From positions 70,124,001-70,188,000 of the forward strand of contig CM059432.1 in assembly GCA_030390025.1 (NCBI GenBank): a stretch of DNA of 64,000 nt, given 5' to 3'. The notes beneath the pieces were generated by a model. The model was given only the letters and a program-made list of their open reading frames with translations, did no database searches and had not been told where the DNA came from. Shown here piece after piece: positions 11,884-26,000 of the stretch. The translations under genes were made by a program, and so were the position numbers. The DNA is from Squalus acanthias (Eukaryota). Within the stretch, counting starts at the first letter, position 1. Each line of letters starts with the position of its first letter.

Positions 11884-13828
11884 TATAGGGTTACAGAGCT
11901 GGTTATACCATAGGTAAAGGAATAATGTTGAGGTTACAGAGGTAATGGTATTACACGTAGAGATACAGACTTATGTTAAGTAAAGGAGTATTATATTTTG
12001 TTTTTTTAAACAAAGCTCCATGAACCAGTCGAGCTTTAGCAAAACCCAGTCTTTGCCTATGTGCTCTCTGCCAGAGCTGAGTTCACAAGCAGCAGTTTTT
12101 CCCCACTGAATCATTTGAGATGATATTGTCCCAGATCCAAGCATGTTTTTACATGATTAAAATGGCCTTTGGTTGTATTAGTGGACCAGTGCTCAACATT
12201 CCTTTAACTGGTATTTTATCAGAGCCAAGCTCATATGACATTCTTCGGTCCACTAAAACTGATGATAACCCATTTATTTGAAGTGGTCAGTGGTAGCGGG
12301 AAGATGAATGTTATTTAAATGAGTTAGCATCAATATTAAAACAGCAGACAGAGGAAAGGCCATACAAACATGTTAAGCATTTGTCTGCTAATATTGCTAA
12401 TAGTAACTTCTAAGCTATGGTGTTCAATGGAAAACCTTTGGGGTGATTTTTCAAAATGCAGAAATGACAGCATCTTCAGGTAGTTACAGTGTCGTAGGTC
12501 ATCACTTATCTTCTACGCAAGAATGCTGAAAATTCTGAAATGCAAGGGCCAATTTTAATTTGGTCCACACGGCAGGAACATGATGGTAGCAGCTCTAAAA
12601 TTACATAACTGCACTTACCATCCTGTTCTTATACCCATCTCACCTGCCACCATTTTGCCTGGGGCCTTCACAAGCCCAGAAACCCGCCTGAAACAGGTGT
12701 GAGCCTTATTACAGTATAAAAGGAGGGGCCCCGTGATTCAAATAGCGGCCCCATGATGCACATAGGACCCCGATTGCAATTTTGATATACAAATGGGCAG
12801 AACATGGGCTGCGTAAGCTCAGCCCATTTGTACTGGGCACTGAGCAGCCTAACAAGTGATATTTAAAGGGACCACTGGAGGCCACTCACAAAATGGCCCA
12901 GGAAAATAGCTACTTTTTTTGGAGGGGCCAGGAGGAGCAAGTATTGTTAATAATGGCATTATTATTTTAGGAGTGCTGTACTGCCCACATTTAACCTAAT
13001 TTTATCACACATTACACAATTACTGCCAGCATGGTCAGCACTGAATCCTTGTGGTAGACTTCTTGAGTTTCTTAATGCTGGCATAATTGCTATTTAAACT
13101 GAACTTGCACCATTTTGCAGTGTTCTCACTTTGCAAATGCAGTGTGTTGACAAATCTAATTTATAGCTGGCATTGCTGCAGCACCTGCAGAGTGCATTGC
13201 TTCAGTCAGAGCTGATTAGTGGGAAAAGAGAGTCAAAATTTTGACTATGTTGAAGACCATGAGAATTGGTTTCAGTACATCGCTTCTACAACACTTAGGT
13301 TAGGAAGAACAGGAAAGGGCAGCTGGTCACCAGTACCTAATGCATCAGTTGTACCGTCTGAGGCAGAGCTGCCTTGATGTGACTCAGTAGCAGCAGTACA
13401 GTACATCAGAAAGCTGAGGCTAAGTCGCGAACTGTAACAGAGCTATGCCATCTGCTGAATGAAAGCCTGCAAACCAAATCTACTGTCTATACAGTGATAC
13501 CAGCAGCAGTAAAAGCCATCAAGCGCTGAATGCCTATACTTTGGGGTTGTTCCAGGTATCCACGGGTGACATATGCAATCTCAGCCAGTTTGCTGTGTAC
13601 AGATCTATCAAGGCCTTATTTTGCAATGCTAACAATTTTCTTTTGATTTTCCAGTGGCCCTACATTTTTATAGGTCTGCTGACTTCTCATGGAGCTATTG
13701 ATTGCATGCATCTTGCCATTAAAGCCCCTGTGCACAACGTAATGCTCAATAATAAACTGCAGGACTTCTTACTCCATCAAAGTACAGCTGGTATGTGGCT
13801 ACCAACGCAAAATTATATAGCTCAATTA

Positions 13829-14035
13829 GGTGTCAGCTGCGGCTCAGTGGTTCATCAGTGAATATATTCAAGGCGGAGATAGACAGATATTTGAGCTACA
13901 GGGGAGTCAAGGGTTATGGGGAACAGGCAGGAAAGTGGAGTTGAGGCCAAGATCAGATCAGCCATGATCTTATTGAATGACGGAGCAGGCTCAAGGGCCG
14001 AATGGCCTACTCCTGCTCCTATTTCTTATGTGCTT
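13829..14035 (+). mobile_element. DeuSINE head fragment followed by a CR1 3' tail
   Basis: GGTGTCAGCTGCGGCTCAGTGG, then CR1 tail GGAGCAGGCTCAAGGGCCGAATGGCCTACTCCTGCTCCTATTTCTTATG. Confidence 0.75.
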
Positions 14036-15074
14036 ATCAAAACTGCACAGATTTGGGTAGAGGCCTTCCCCATATTTCTTCTATTGTCCTTTCCACACAG
14101 TTAGGTGACTTATAAAGCAATCTCCGCTTGTAAGTAAATCCTGTGAGGCCCGAATCTCAAGATGCTGCGGCAGGAGCAGTAACCATGCTAAATCTTCACT
14201 CAGCAGGTATGTGGCCTTCTGTAGCCAATACCATCCACTCTACCATTTCCTACTCCTCCCCGTGTACTATGACTTATCCTATTCTCCTTCTTCTAACTCA
14301 CTATCTGCATCTTCTTTGGCCACTGCTGGTGCTTTGTTGAGGCAGTGCTTGTGCTGCAGAATACTGTGATGTACTGGCTGGAGGATCATCTGTTCCTTCT
14401 TTACTGTGAAAAGAAAAAAGGACAAAGTGTCAAGATGTTGGCTCAATTAACCAGACTGTGATGCTGAGGCTACATGTCCTTGTCATTCAGTGGGGGAACA
14501 CGACATGGTATGAATATTATGTCATTAGTCATAAGTTTGAAGGAAGGCCCCCCCACCCCGCCCCCCGCCCCCACCAGCTTCACTGTTCTGCATTCCTTCT
14601 ATGCTTTTTCCTGTCAATGATTTTCAACACAGTTTGCTCGAGTAGGATAAGGGGCCTGTATTCCCTCGTTCCATCACCAGTACAGCACTGTTCACACCAG
14701 TTGAAGGGAATCTTGTCTTGCAAGTACAAGTGCTGTATTGATCCAGTTGAAGTGCATAGCGCTCTGATAATGTCAAGCAGCAGAACATTGTTTGGCATAT
14801 TGTATGTTTTAAGTGATTTGACATTGCACTGCTGGGTTCCAATCCAGACATTCATGTCTGAATGTCCATTTGGAATTATTGCTATGCACACAGCTTTTCA
14901 GAAGTACTACTGAACTGCATCTCCCTTATACAGAACTGTTCCAATTCAAGTAATTATTCCCCTGGTTGTCTTATGGCAGCATTAAACTGGTTGCTTTCCT
15001 TGCACTGGTTTTCAACAAGAAGCAATAAAGGATCCAAGGTTGGTCAGGGCTGCTTTCCTTTCATGTCCATTCAT

Positions 15075-15255
15075 CAGAATCATAGAAGCTTACGGCACAG
15101 AAGGAAGTCATTCGGCCCATCATGTCTGTGCTGGCGAAAAAGAGCTATCAGGCATAATCCCAGTTTCCAGCTCTTGGTCCGTAGCCTTGTAGGTTATGGC
15201 ACTTCAAGTGCATAGCCAAGTAATTTTTAAATGCAATGAGGGTTTCTGCCTCTAC
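15075..15255 (-). mobile_element. CR1 3' fragment
   Basis: Tail repeat AGAATCATAGAA; translation VEAETLIAFKNYL...LQGYG matches the CR1 ORF2 C-terminus. Confidence 0.8.
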
Positions 15256-15510
15256 ATTGATGGTAGAGGGATGCCAGCTATATTGATATTCTTTGAGGCC
15301 TGGCATCTCCTTTGTGATATTTTGACAGGCTTGTAACATCACATTTAGCCACTCAGTAATGTCAGTTGCCTGCTAATCCAGCCAGTTCTGGAGAGGAAGG
15401 CCCTCCATTACATAGACTCATTCGCTGGAACAAAGTACCTGGAGATCAAAATGGGTCTTCCACAGTCTCTTTCTTTCTCTGCCCACAGTGAAATTGCTCA
15501 GGAAACGACA

Positions 15511-18500
15511 GTATTCTTTTTAATTCATTCAGGGGATGTGGGTGTCGCTGACAAGACAAGCATTTATTGCCCATCCCTAATTGCCCTTGAGAAGGTGGTG
15601 GTGAGCCGCCGCCTTGAGCTGCTGCAGTCCGTGTGGTGAATGTACTCCCACAGTGCTGTTAGGTAGCGAGTTCCAGGATTTTGACCCAGCGACGATGAAG
15701 GAACGACGATATATTTCCAAGTCAGGATGGTGTGTGACTTGGAGGGGAACTTGGAGGTGGTGGTGTTCCCATGCGCCTGCTGCCCTTGACCTAGGTGGAA
15801 GAGGTCGCGGGTTTGGGATGTGCTGCCGAAGAAGCCTTGGCAAGTTGCTGCAGTGCATCTTGTAGATGGTACACACTGCAGCCACGGTATGCCGGTGGTG
15901 GAGGGAGTGAATGTTTAAGGTGGTGGATGGGGTGCCAATCAAGCGGGATGCTTTTTCCTGGATGGAGTCGAGCTTCTTGAGTGTTGTTGGAGCTGCACTC
16001 ATCCAGACAAGTGGAGAGTATTCCATCACACTCCTGACTTGTGCCTTATAGATGGTGGAAAGGCTTTGGGGAGTCAGGAGGTGAGACACTTGCCACAGAA
16101 TACCTGGCCTCTGACCTGCTCTTGTTGCCACAGTATTTATGTGGCTGGTCCAGTTAAGTTTCTGGTCAGTGGTGACCCCCAGGATGTTGATGGTGGGGGA
16201 TTTGACGATGGTAATGCCGTTGAATGTCAGGGGGAGGTGGTTAGACTCTCTCTTGTTGGAGATGGTCATTGCCGGGCACATGTGTGGCGCGAATGTTACC
16301 TGCCACTTATCAGCCCAAGTCCGAATGTTGACCAAGTCTTGTTGCATGCACGCATGGACTGTTTCATTATCTGAGGAGTTGCGAATGACACTGAACACTG
16401 TGCAATCATCAGCGAACATCCCCACTTCAGACCTTACGATGGAGGGAAGGTTGTTGATGAAGCAGCTGAAGATGGTTGGACCTAGGACACTGCCCTGAGG
16501 AACTCCTGCAGTGATGTCCTAGCAGTGAGATGATTGGCCTCCAACAACCACAACCATCTTCCTTTGTGCTATGTATGAGTCTAGCCAGTGGAGAGTTTCA
16601 CCGATTCCCATTGACTTCAATTTTACTAGGGCTTGATGCCACACTCGGTCAAATGCTGCCTTGATGTCAAGGACAGTAACTCTCACCTCGCCTCTGGAAT
16701 TCAGCCCTTTTTTCCATGTTTGGACATCCATCATGAGATCTGGAGCTGAGTGGTCCTTGCGGAATCCAAACTGAGCATCAGTGAGCAGGTTATTGGTGAG
16801 TAAATGCTGCTTGATAGCACCGTCAACAACACTTTCCATTGCTTTGCTGATGTTTGAGAGTAGACTGATGGGGCGGTAATTGGCCGGATTGCATTTGTCC
16901 TGCTTTTTGTGGACTGGACGTACCTGGGCAATTTTCCACATTGTCGGGTAGATGCCAGTGTTGTAGCTGTACTGGAACAGCTTGGCTAGAGGCGCGGCTA
17001 ATTCTGGAGCACAAGTCTTCAGCGCGATAGCCGGGATGTTGTCAGGGCCCATAGCCTTTGCAGTATCCAGTGCGCTCAGCATTTCTTGATATCACGTGGA
17101 GTGAATCGAATTGGCTGAAGACTGACTTCTGTGAGGGTGGGGACTTCAGTAGGAGGCTGAGGTGGATCACCCACTCGGCACTTCTGGTTGAAGATGGTTG
17201 CATACGCTTCAGCCTTGTCTTTTGCACTCACATGCTGGGCTCTGTCATCATTGAGGATGGGATGTTCATGGAGCCTCCTCTTCCAGTTAGTTGTTTAATT
17301 GTCCACCACCATTCACGACTGGGTGTTGCAGGACTGCAGAGCTTTGATCTGATCCGTTGGTTCTGAGATCGCTCAGATCTGTCTATAGCATGCTGCTTCC
17401 GCTGTTTAGCATGCATGTTGTCCTGTGTTGTAGCTTCATCAAGTTAGATCATAATTTTTAAGCATGCCTGGTGCTGCTCTTGGCATGTTCTTCTACACTC
17501 CTCATTGAACCAGGGTTGGTCCTTGGCTTGATGGTAAAGGTAGAGTGAGGGACATGCTGGGCCATGAGGTTACAGATTGTGGTGGAATACAATTCTGCTG
17601 CTACTGATGGCCCACAGCGCCTCATGGATGCCCAGTTTTGAGCTGCTAGATCTGTTCTGAATCTATCCCATTTAGCACGGTGGTAGTGCCGCACAACACG
17701 ATGGAGGATGTCCTCAATGTGAAGATGGGACTTTGTCTCCGCAAGGACTATGCAGTGGTCACTCCTACCAATACTGTCATGGACAGAGGCATCTGCGACA
17801 GGTAGATTGGTGAGGTTGAGGTCAAGTAGGTTTTACCCTTTTTTTGGTTCTCTCGCCACCTACTGTAGGCCCAGTCTGGTAGTTATGTCCTTCAGGACTC
17901 GGCCAGCTCAGTCAGTAGTGGTGCTACCGAGCCACTCTTGGTGATGGACATTGAAGTCCCCCACCCAGAGTACATTCTGTGACCTTGCTACCCTCAGTGC
18001 TTCTTCCAAGTGGTGTTCAACATGGAGGAGTACTGATTCATCAGCTGAGGGAGGGCGGTAGGTGATAATCAGCAGGATGTTTCCTTGCCCATGTTTGACG
18101 TGATGCCATGAGACTTCATGAGGTCCAGAGTCAATGCTGAGGACTCCCAGGGCCACTCCCTCCCGTATACCACTGTGCTGCCACCTCTGGTGAGTCTGCC
18201 CTGCCGGTGGGACAGGACATAGCCAGGGATGGTGATGGAGGAGTCTGGGACATTGGCTGAAAGGTATGATTCTGTGAGTATGACTATGTCAGGCTGTTGC
18301 TTGACTAGTCTGTGGGACAGCTCTCCCAATTTTGGCACAAGTCCCCAATTGTTAGTGAGGAGGGTCGACTGGGCTGGGTGTGTCGTTGTCCAAAGCTGGT
18401 GCCTAGGTTGATGCCGGGTGGTCCTTTCAGTTTTATTATTATTGTTTTTCGTTACGGTTAGTTGCAACTGAGTGGCTTGCTAGGCCACTTCAGAAGGCAG

Positions 18501-18731
18501 TTAAGAGTCAACCACATGTGGGTCTGGAGTCACATATAGGCCAGACCAGGTAATGACAGCAGATTTCCTTCCTAAAGGACATTAGTGAACCAAGCAGATG
18601 GGATTTTACGACAATCCGGTAGTTTCATGGTCATTATTACTGATACTAGCTTTATATGATTCTGTGAGTATGACTCTGTCAGGCTGTTGCTTGACTAATC
18701 TGTGGGACAGCTCTCCATGGCATTTGAACTC
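15511..18731 (-). mobile_element. LINE family B (APE + RT, CR1/L2-related), near full length including its SINE-like head
   Basis: APE (NNWGL..DIVILTES, YRPP, VGDFN) and RT (YRPISLL, QFGFR, DIKAAFDRV, FADD), ending AAHHHLLKGN. The head at 18465-18655 matches 59470-59660; B-box remnant at 18722-18731. Confidence 0.92.
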
Positions 18732-20304
18732 CTTCCACTCACCCCACCCCTCCCCCGTCGGCTCGGAAATCCCGCCCCAGTAAATATCAGGGCCTATGTA
18801 TTACCATTATAAAAAAGTAATTAAACCAATAATTGAGGGTGATGCAACTAAATTAAGCCCAGAAGCAATTTGGTATCAATTTTTTGAGCACTAACATGTA
18901 TGCGAATGAAATCCTATTTGACTAGTCTTCTTGGAAAGAAATGCAAGTCTACCCTAAATATTTTATCTTGTATTAAAGTGTTGTGTCTGATAGAACTGTT
19001 GTAATTCATTAGCAATGACTCTGAGACAGAGACATTTACGATTGGTAAAAACTGAAGGATTTTTAGAAATTAGCTGCAATGATTAAAATATTCACACTGA
19101 AAAGGACAACAACATGTTCCACAGTTGAAAACTGTACTTGTGAATAGTACTCTAGTCAACCTATTTTGGTGAATTACTAGGCACAATACAAGCTGCCTTC
19201 TAAATACAAGGGAATGAACACTCAGATGATAAATATGCAGTATATTTGCAGACACTTGAGAATGTAAAATTGCAAGACATGGGGTTCCTTTCAGCACTGC
19301 CTGCCCAGCTTTTTATGGACCTTTATGTTGAAATGGTAACCATTTTTCTCACCTGAAATAATAAAAAACCCGAACGCAGATGTGACAAAAGACAATGGGA
19401 GCACAGTGTAAAACAGCTGCCGGTTCACTATCAGTCCGTTTTGTGCTACTGGCATTGACCAATTTCCCCCCTCCCCCCACGTCCTATTTAACGTGCTTTC
19501 AATAATAAATGCTATTATTTGTAGTTTTACATTTTTACATAATCAAAAATGAGTACTAACTTTACTACTGCTTATATTTATAAATGCTAAGTTTAAAGTA
19601 GAAACTTGGCAGGAGACAGAGAGCATGATTCCTTCACAGGGTTTCCCTCTCAGAGGAGTGGTGCATCAGCTACATCAGCAGTGAAAAGTGGCTCACAACC
19701 TCACTGTGCTGGATTTTAGAGGATATCTGACCAGTGACATTACTGAGCTGTATGATGGCAGCTGGGTAAGGACATTAGACTGGGAAAAGAGCGCATCTCT
19801 TCACTTAACTCAACATAACCAGCATAATGTGGTTCAAGGATGTAATGCCTTCTACATAGCAGAGTTGGTGCTACCCAACATAACATCAAATTGATTTTGG
19901 TGTCTTGACCTCATAGGCTAACTCCTGTCTGTCACTGTCTTGAGGTGGGGGTGGGAAATGAGGGCCAACTCCTGACCCTGTGGATGATCTATCTCTCTAT
20001 CTAATGTGAGTGTAAATGAGCATGACTTCATCTTTTTGCGAAGTGGACCTGCAGTGGTGAAGTATCATCTTCCAGGTTTTGTGCTCTATTGGCTCTTAAT
20101 CTGCTCAGATGTTGGATGTCTGGAATGGTACAATCCTCCCGACTCCCTGCTCTCTGCTTCTTCCTCACTTTCTCCATGATCATAGCAGTAGCAGTTTGGC
20201 AATTTCTTCAGAAACATCACAGTATTAGACGCACAAATTATCTATGTGGATATAAAAATATGATTTTTATTTTGAATCTGAAGTTTTTTTTTCTTCTTTT
20301 AAAA

Positions 20305-20450
20305 GACTCGATCCTCTTAACCCTTCTGATGAAGTGGTTACACCTGAAATATTAAGCTGTCTTGTCTTTCAGATGCTGATGACCTGCTGTGGATTTCTGG
20401 TATTTTCTGTTTTTACTTCAAATTTCCAGCATTTGCAGTTGTCCTTTTAT
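20305..20450. repeat. Degenerate Penelope-like repeat arm
   Basis: CAGATGCTGATGACCTGCTG..ATTTC..ATTTTCTGTTTTTA.TTCA.ATTTCCAGCAT matches 48050-48130. Confidence 0.6.
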
Positions 20451-22117
20451 TCTTACTCTGTGAATGTGTGTAATATAAAAAGCTCTCCCGAATGATATTC
20501 TTTGATGATGGTCCAAGGAATAAAGTTTTCCCTCTCCAGGAATTTCTAGTGCAGTTACTAGATTAGTGGACCCTTTTTATACAGATTTCATGGTGAAAGC
20601 AGCATTTGAGAACTCAGACTTTGCTTGTGTTGCCTTTATCCGTCCTGGGTTTACTGACATTATCTTTTTGCTGAGGTGAATTTGGAGCTGCTAAAGGAAA
20701 TAGCAGCATGAAGTGATCGTGTTTGCAATGCAATTTTCATTATCAGCCAGAAAAAATATTGGAGCGCTAAAAGAACAGAAGAGCTCATTACCTCTATGTT
20801 TGTCTTAGCAATTCTGCACCTGATTCCAGCAGCCAGGGCAGATGCCCAGTGCAAAAAATGACATAAATTAAAAATATCATCAAAACAGAAAATAAATAAT
20901 GGACGTTTTCTCATTGGTGATAAGTTGTGCCAGTTCTTTACACAAATGGCAGGCGATCTCCTTCAGTGTTGGTTGTGATGATTCTTTTTGCAGGCCTATC
21001 TATGTGTTTTTAAGTGGAGAGTCAATTGAGCCATTTTATCAATGTCACTTTATTCTAAAGGTGGTTCTGAATAGTGTGAAGAGCAGCTGGTGTCAAAGTA
21101 ACAAAAAGGTTATTCCAAATTTATGTTAATAATTTTTAAATAATCTCTTTTGTGGAACAGACCTTTATTCATCCAATAAGTTATCAGGGCAGAGGTGAGA
21201 GGTAGAATTTTGTGCTCATCAAATTGAAGGTCATCAATGCTAGGAATTCTGGCTAAAAATTGGATAAGGCCCGAAAATGGGCAGGGGGATCGCGATGCGT
21301 TATCAACCCACGCCTGTTGGGAGGATTGCAGGCAGCTTGCAATTTTGTGCTGCCTGCTGAGTAGCATGATTGTAGCGTTCAGTCCAGCACTGAACTCGTT
21401 GCTGAGTAGCTGAATGCTCAGCAGGGGGCCCAAGTTCATGCAAGGTTAGCTCCAATTAAAGCTAGCTTGCACCACTTAAAGGCAGTTTGCACATCATAAA
21501 GGAGACAGTGGAGAAGAAAGTTCTAATGATGGTACATCAGGGGAGATGGCGTGCACCTAGGTTCTCCGATGCAGCACTGGTGGCCTTGGTTCAGGAGGTC
21601 AACTGCAGGAGAGAGGTCCTCTTACCACAGGGGGGCAGGAGGCTCTCCAGGCAACAGACCAGAGTGCAGTGGGAGCATATAGCCAATGTGGTAAATGCCA
21701 GCAGTGTAGCCCGGAGGACCTGGACTCAGTGCAGCAAGAAGTTTAATGACCTCACACGAGTGTTCAAGGTCAGTGAATTCATCTTCAAATGCCATATCCC
21801 ACCATCTGCACCACTAGCCTCATACACTGCTCAATGCACCACACCTACATCACTCACCTACCAAAATTCTCAACCAAACACGACTCACAACTCACAATCA
21901 TAGCTTCACTTCACCCTCACAACCTTACCACTGCTGCAACACTCATACCTACATCTCACAGCTTGCACACACTGCCAGCTATTCAACCAAGACAGCCACA
22001 TCACCCAAACACATTGCACCACACTCACTGACACACTTCCCTTTCTCTTGGCTTGCCTTCATGACCTCACCCCCATGGAGGAGACGGTGTTGGCCATTCT
22101 TGGCAGGGGCATGGCTG

Positions 22118-25030
22118 AGAAAACATTGGTGGGAGTTGTCTATAGGTCTCCAAACAGTAGTGGTAATGTAGGGGATGGCATCAGACAGGAAATTAGAGAT
22201 GCACGTAACAAGGGTACTACAGTAATCATGGGTGACTTTAATCTACATATAGACTGGCCAAACCAAATTAGCAATAATACTGTGGAGGATGAATTCCTGG
22301 AGTGTGTACGAGATGGTTTTTTAGACCAGTATGTTGAGGAGCCAACAAGGGAACAGGCTATCCTAGATTTGGCATTGTGCAATGAGAAGGGGTTAATTAA
22401 TAATCTTGTTGTGCGGAATCCTTTAGCAAAGAGTGGCCATAACATGATAGAATTCTTCATTAAAATGGAAAGTGAAGAAGTCCAATCCGAAACTAGGGTC
22501 CTAAATCTAAACAAAGGAAACTACGATGGTATGAGGAGTGAGTTGGCTATGATAGATTGGGGAGCTTCATTAAAAGGCATGACGGTGGATAGGCAATGGC
22601 AACATGGTGGCATAGTGGTTAGCACTGTTGCCTCACAGTGCCAGGGACCCGGGTTCGAATCTGGTCTCGGGTGACTGTCTGTGTGGAGTTTGTACATTCT
22701 CCCCGTGTCTGCGTGGGTTTCTTCCGGGTGCTCAGGTTTCCTCCCACAGTCCAAAGATGTGCGGGTTAGGTTGATTTGGCTATGATAAATTGACCCTTAG
22801 TGTTAGGGGGATTAAATACGTGGGGTTACGGGGATAGGGTGGGATATGTGTCGGTGCAGGCTCGATGGGCCGAAATGGCCTCTATCTGCACTGTGGGGAT
22901 TCTGTGAACATTTAAGGAACGAATGCATGAATTGCAACAGTTATACATTCCTTTCTGGTGCAAAAACACAAATGGAAAAGCGGCCCAACCATGGCTAACA
23001 AAAGAAATTAAGGATAGTATTAGATCCAAAGAGAAGTCATATAAAGTTGCCAGAAAAAGTAGCAAGCCTGAGGATTGGGAGCAGTTTAGAGTTCAGCAAA
23101 AAAGGACCAGGAGATTCATTAAGAGGGGAAAAATAGAGCATGAGAGCATGAGAGCAAACTTGCAAGGAACATAAAAGCGGATTGTAAAAGCTTCTACAAG
23201 TATGTAAAAAGAAAAAGATTAGTGAAGACAAATGTAGGTCCCTTACAGACAGAAACGGGAGAATATAATGGGGAACAAGGAAATGGCAGAGCAATTAAAC
23301 AAATACTTTGGTTCTGTCTTCACGGAAGAGGACGCAAATAACTTCCCAGAAATGCTAGGGAACCAAGGGTCTAGTGAGAAGGAGGAATGAAAGGAAATTA
23401 GTATTAGTAAAAAAATCGTGCTGGACAAATTAATGGGACTGAAAGCTGATAAATCCCCAGGGCCTGATAATCTGCATCCCAGAGTACTAAAAGAGGTAGC
23501 CATGGAAATAGTGGATGCATTGGTTGTCATCTTCCAAAATTCTATAGATTATGGAACAGTTCCGGCAGATTGAAGGGTGGCAAATGTAACCCCACTATTT
23601 AAAAAAGGAGGGAGAGAGAAAACCGGGAACTACAGACCAGTTAGCCTAACATCAGTGGTAGGGAAAATGCTAGAGTCTATTATAAAGGATGTGATAACAG
23701 GACACTTAGAAAATATCAACAGGATTAGACAAAGTCAACATGGATTTATGAAAGGGAAATCGTGTTTGACAAACCTACTGGAGTTTTTTGAGGGTGTAAC
23801 TGGTAGAATAGATAAGGGAGAATCAGTGGATGTGGTGTATTTGGATTTTCAGAAGGCCTTTGATAAAGTTCCACATAAGAGGTTAGTGTGCAAAATTAAA
23901 GCACATGGGATTGGGGTAATATACTGGCATGGATTGAAAATTGGTTAACAGACAGGAAACAGAGAGTAGGAATAAATGGGTCTTTTTCAGGGTGGCAGGT
24001 GGTGACTAGTGGGGTACCGCAGGGATCAGTGCTTGGGCCCCAGCTATTCACAATATATATCAATGATTTGGATGAGAAAACCAAATGTAATATTTCCAAG
24101 TTTGCTGATGACACGAAACTAGGTGGGATTGTGAGTTGTGAGGAGGATGCAAAGAGGCTTCAAGGCGATTTAGACAAGTTGAGTGAGTGGGCAAATACAT
24201 GGCAGATGCAGTATAACGTGGATAAATGTGAAGTTATCCACTTCGGACGGAAAAACAGAAAGGCAGAGTATTATTTAAATGGTGCTAGATTGGGAAATGT
24301 TGATGTACAAAGGGACCTGGGTGTCCTTGTACACCAGTCACTGAAAGCAAACATGCAGGTGCAGCAAGCATTTAGGAAGGCAAATGGTATGTTGGCCTTC
24401 ACTGCAAGAGGATTTGAGTGCAGGAGCAAGGATGTCTTACTACAGTTATACAGGGCCTTGGTGAGACCACACCTGGAGTACTGTGTGCAGTTTTGGTCTC
24501 CTTACCTAGGAAAGGATATACTTGCCATAGAGAGAGTGCAGCGAAGGTTCACCAGACTGATTCCTGCAATGGCAGGACTGTTGTATGAGGAGAGATTGGG
24601 TTGACTAGGCCTGTATTCGCTAGAGTTTAGAAGAATGAGAGGGGATCTCATTGAAACGTATAAAATTCTGACAGGGCTAGACAGACTGGATGCAGGGAGG
24701 ATGTTTCCCCTGGCTGGGGGGTCTAGAATGAGGGGTTACAGTCTCAAGATACGGGGTAGGACATTTAGGACTGAGATGAGGAGAAATTTCTTCACTCAGA
24801 GGGTGGTGAACCTGTGGAATTCTCTACTACAGAAGGCTGTGGATGTCAAGCCACTGAATATATTTAAGGAGGAGATAAATAGATTTCTAGACACAAAAGG
24901 CATCAAGGGGTATGGGGAGAGAGCGGGAATATGGTATTGAGATAAAGGTTCAGCCATTATCATGTTGAATGGCGGAGCAGGCTCGAAGGGCCGAATGGCC
25001 TACTCCTGCTCCTATTTTTCTATGTTTCTA
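22118..25030 (+). mobile_element. 5'-truncated CR1 LINE (ORF2 APE-RT to 3' tail)
   Basis: VGVVYRSP, MGDFN, YRPVSLTS, GVPQGSVLGP, FADD, RRNFFTQRVV; tail CTCCTGCTCCTATTTTTCTATGTTTCTA. Confidence 0.95.
22606..22906 (+). mobile_element. V-SINE (HE1-like) inserted in CR1 ORF2
   Basis: A box TGGCATAGTGG, B box GGTTCGAATC, V-domain TGTGTGGAGTTTGTACATTCTCCCCGTGTCTGCGTGGGTTT, CR1-type tail; AACAT on both sides. Confidence 0.9.
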
Positions 25031-25044
25031 ACTCGAGTTCTGCT

Positions 25045-26000
25045 GCCCAACCATCTTCAGCTGCTTCATCAATGACCATCCCTCCATCATAAGGTCAGAA
25101 GTGGGGATGTTCGCTAATGATTGCACAGTGTTCAGCGCCATTCACAGCTCCTCAGATAATGAAGCAGTCTATGCCCACATGCAGCAAGACCTGGACGACA
25201 TTCAGGCATGGGCTGATAAGTAGCAAGTAACATTCGCGCCGCACAAGTGCCAAGCAATGACTATCTCCAACAAGTGAGAGTCTAACCACCGCCCCTTAAC
25301 ATTCAACGGCATTACCATCGCCAAATCCCCCACCATCAACATTGTGATGGTTACCATTGACCAGGAACTTAACTGGACCAGCCACATAAATAATGTGGCA
25401 ACAAGAGCAGGTCAGAGACTGGGTATTCTGCGGCAAGTATCTCACCTCATGATTCCCCAAAGCCGTTCCACCAGCTACAAGGCACAAGTCAGGAGTGTGA
25501 TGGAATACTCTCCACTTGCTTGGATGAGTGCAGCTCCAACTACACTCAAGAAGCTCGACACCATCCAGGATAAAGCAGCCCACTTGATTGGCACCCCATC
25601 CACCACCTTAAACATTCACTCCCTCCACCACCAGCGCACTGTGGCTGCAGTGTGTACCATCTACAAGATGCACTGCAGCAACTCACCAAGGCTTCTTCCC
25701 ATCACCTCCCAAACCCATGACATCTACCACCTAGAAGGACAAGGGTAGCAGGCACATGAGAATATCATCACCTGCAAGTACCCTCCAAGTTACACACCAT
25801 CCTGACTTGGAAATATATCGCCGTTCCTTCATCATTGCTGGGTCAAACTCCCTCCCTAACAGCACTGTGGGAGTACCTTCACCACACAGACTGCGGCAGT
25901 TGAAGAAGGCGGCTCACCACCACCTTCTCAAGGGCAATTAAGGATGGGCAATAAATGCTGGCCTTACCAGCGATACCCACATTCCATGAATGGAAAAAAA
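25045..26000 (+). mobile_element. LINE family B 3' fragment
   Basis: Matches 15511-16480 and 49443-50400, ending AAHHHLLKGN plus an A-rich tail. Confidence 0.92.

Larger units (their letters stand above)
12545..15500. mobile_element. Old degenerate Harbinger element (transposase remnant on +, probable Myb-gene remnant on -); boundaries uncertain
   Basis: 13541-13861 encodes GDICNLSQFAVYRSIK and GAIDCMHLAIKAP, homologous to 54414-55112; GGGCCAATTTT TIR-like start at ~12546. Confidence 0.55.

Noticed and set aside
20660..20914. Possible host exon in unique sequence
   Set aside because: No recognisable protein motif or convincing pair of splice sites.
22048..22674. 208-aa chimeric ORF (Myb exon + CR1 endonuclease + SINE)
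   Set aside because: Chance in-frame read-through across insertion junctions; no evidence of function.
22606..22680. tRNA genes (also at 38338 and 59333)
   Set aside because: A/B boxes run directly into SINE or LINE bodies; no complete cloverleaf is evident.
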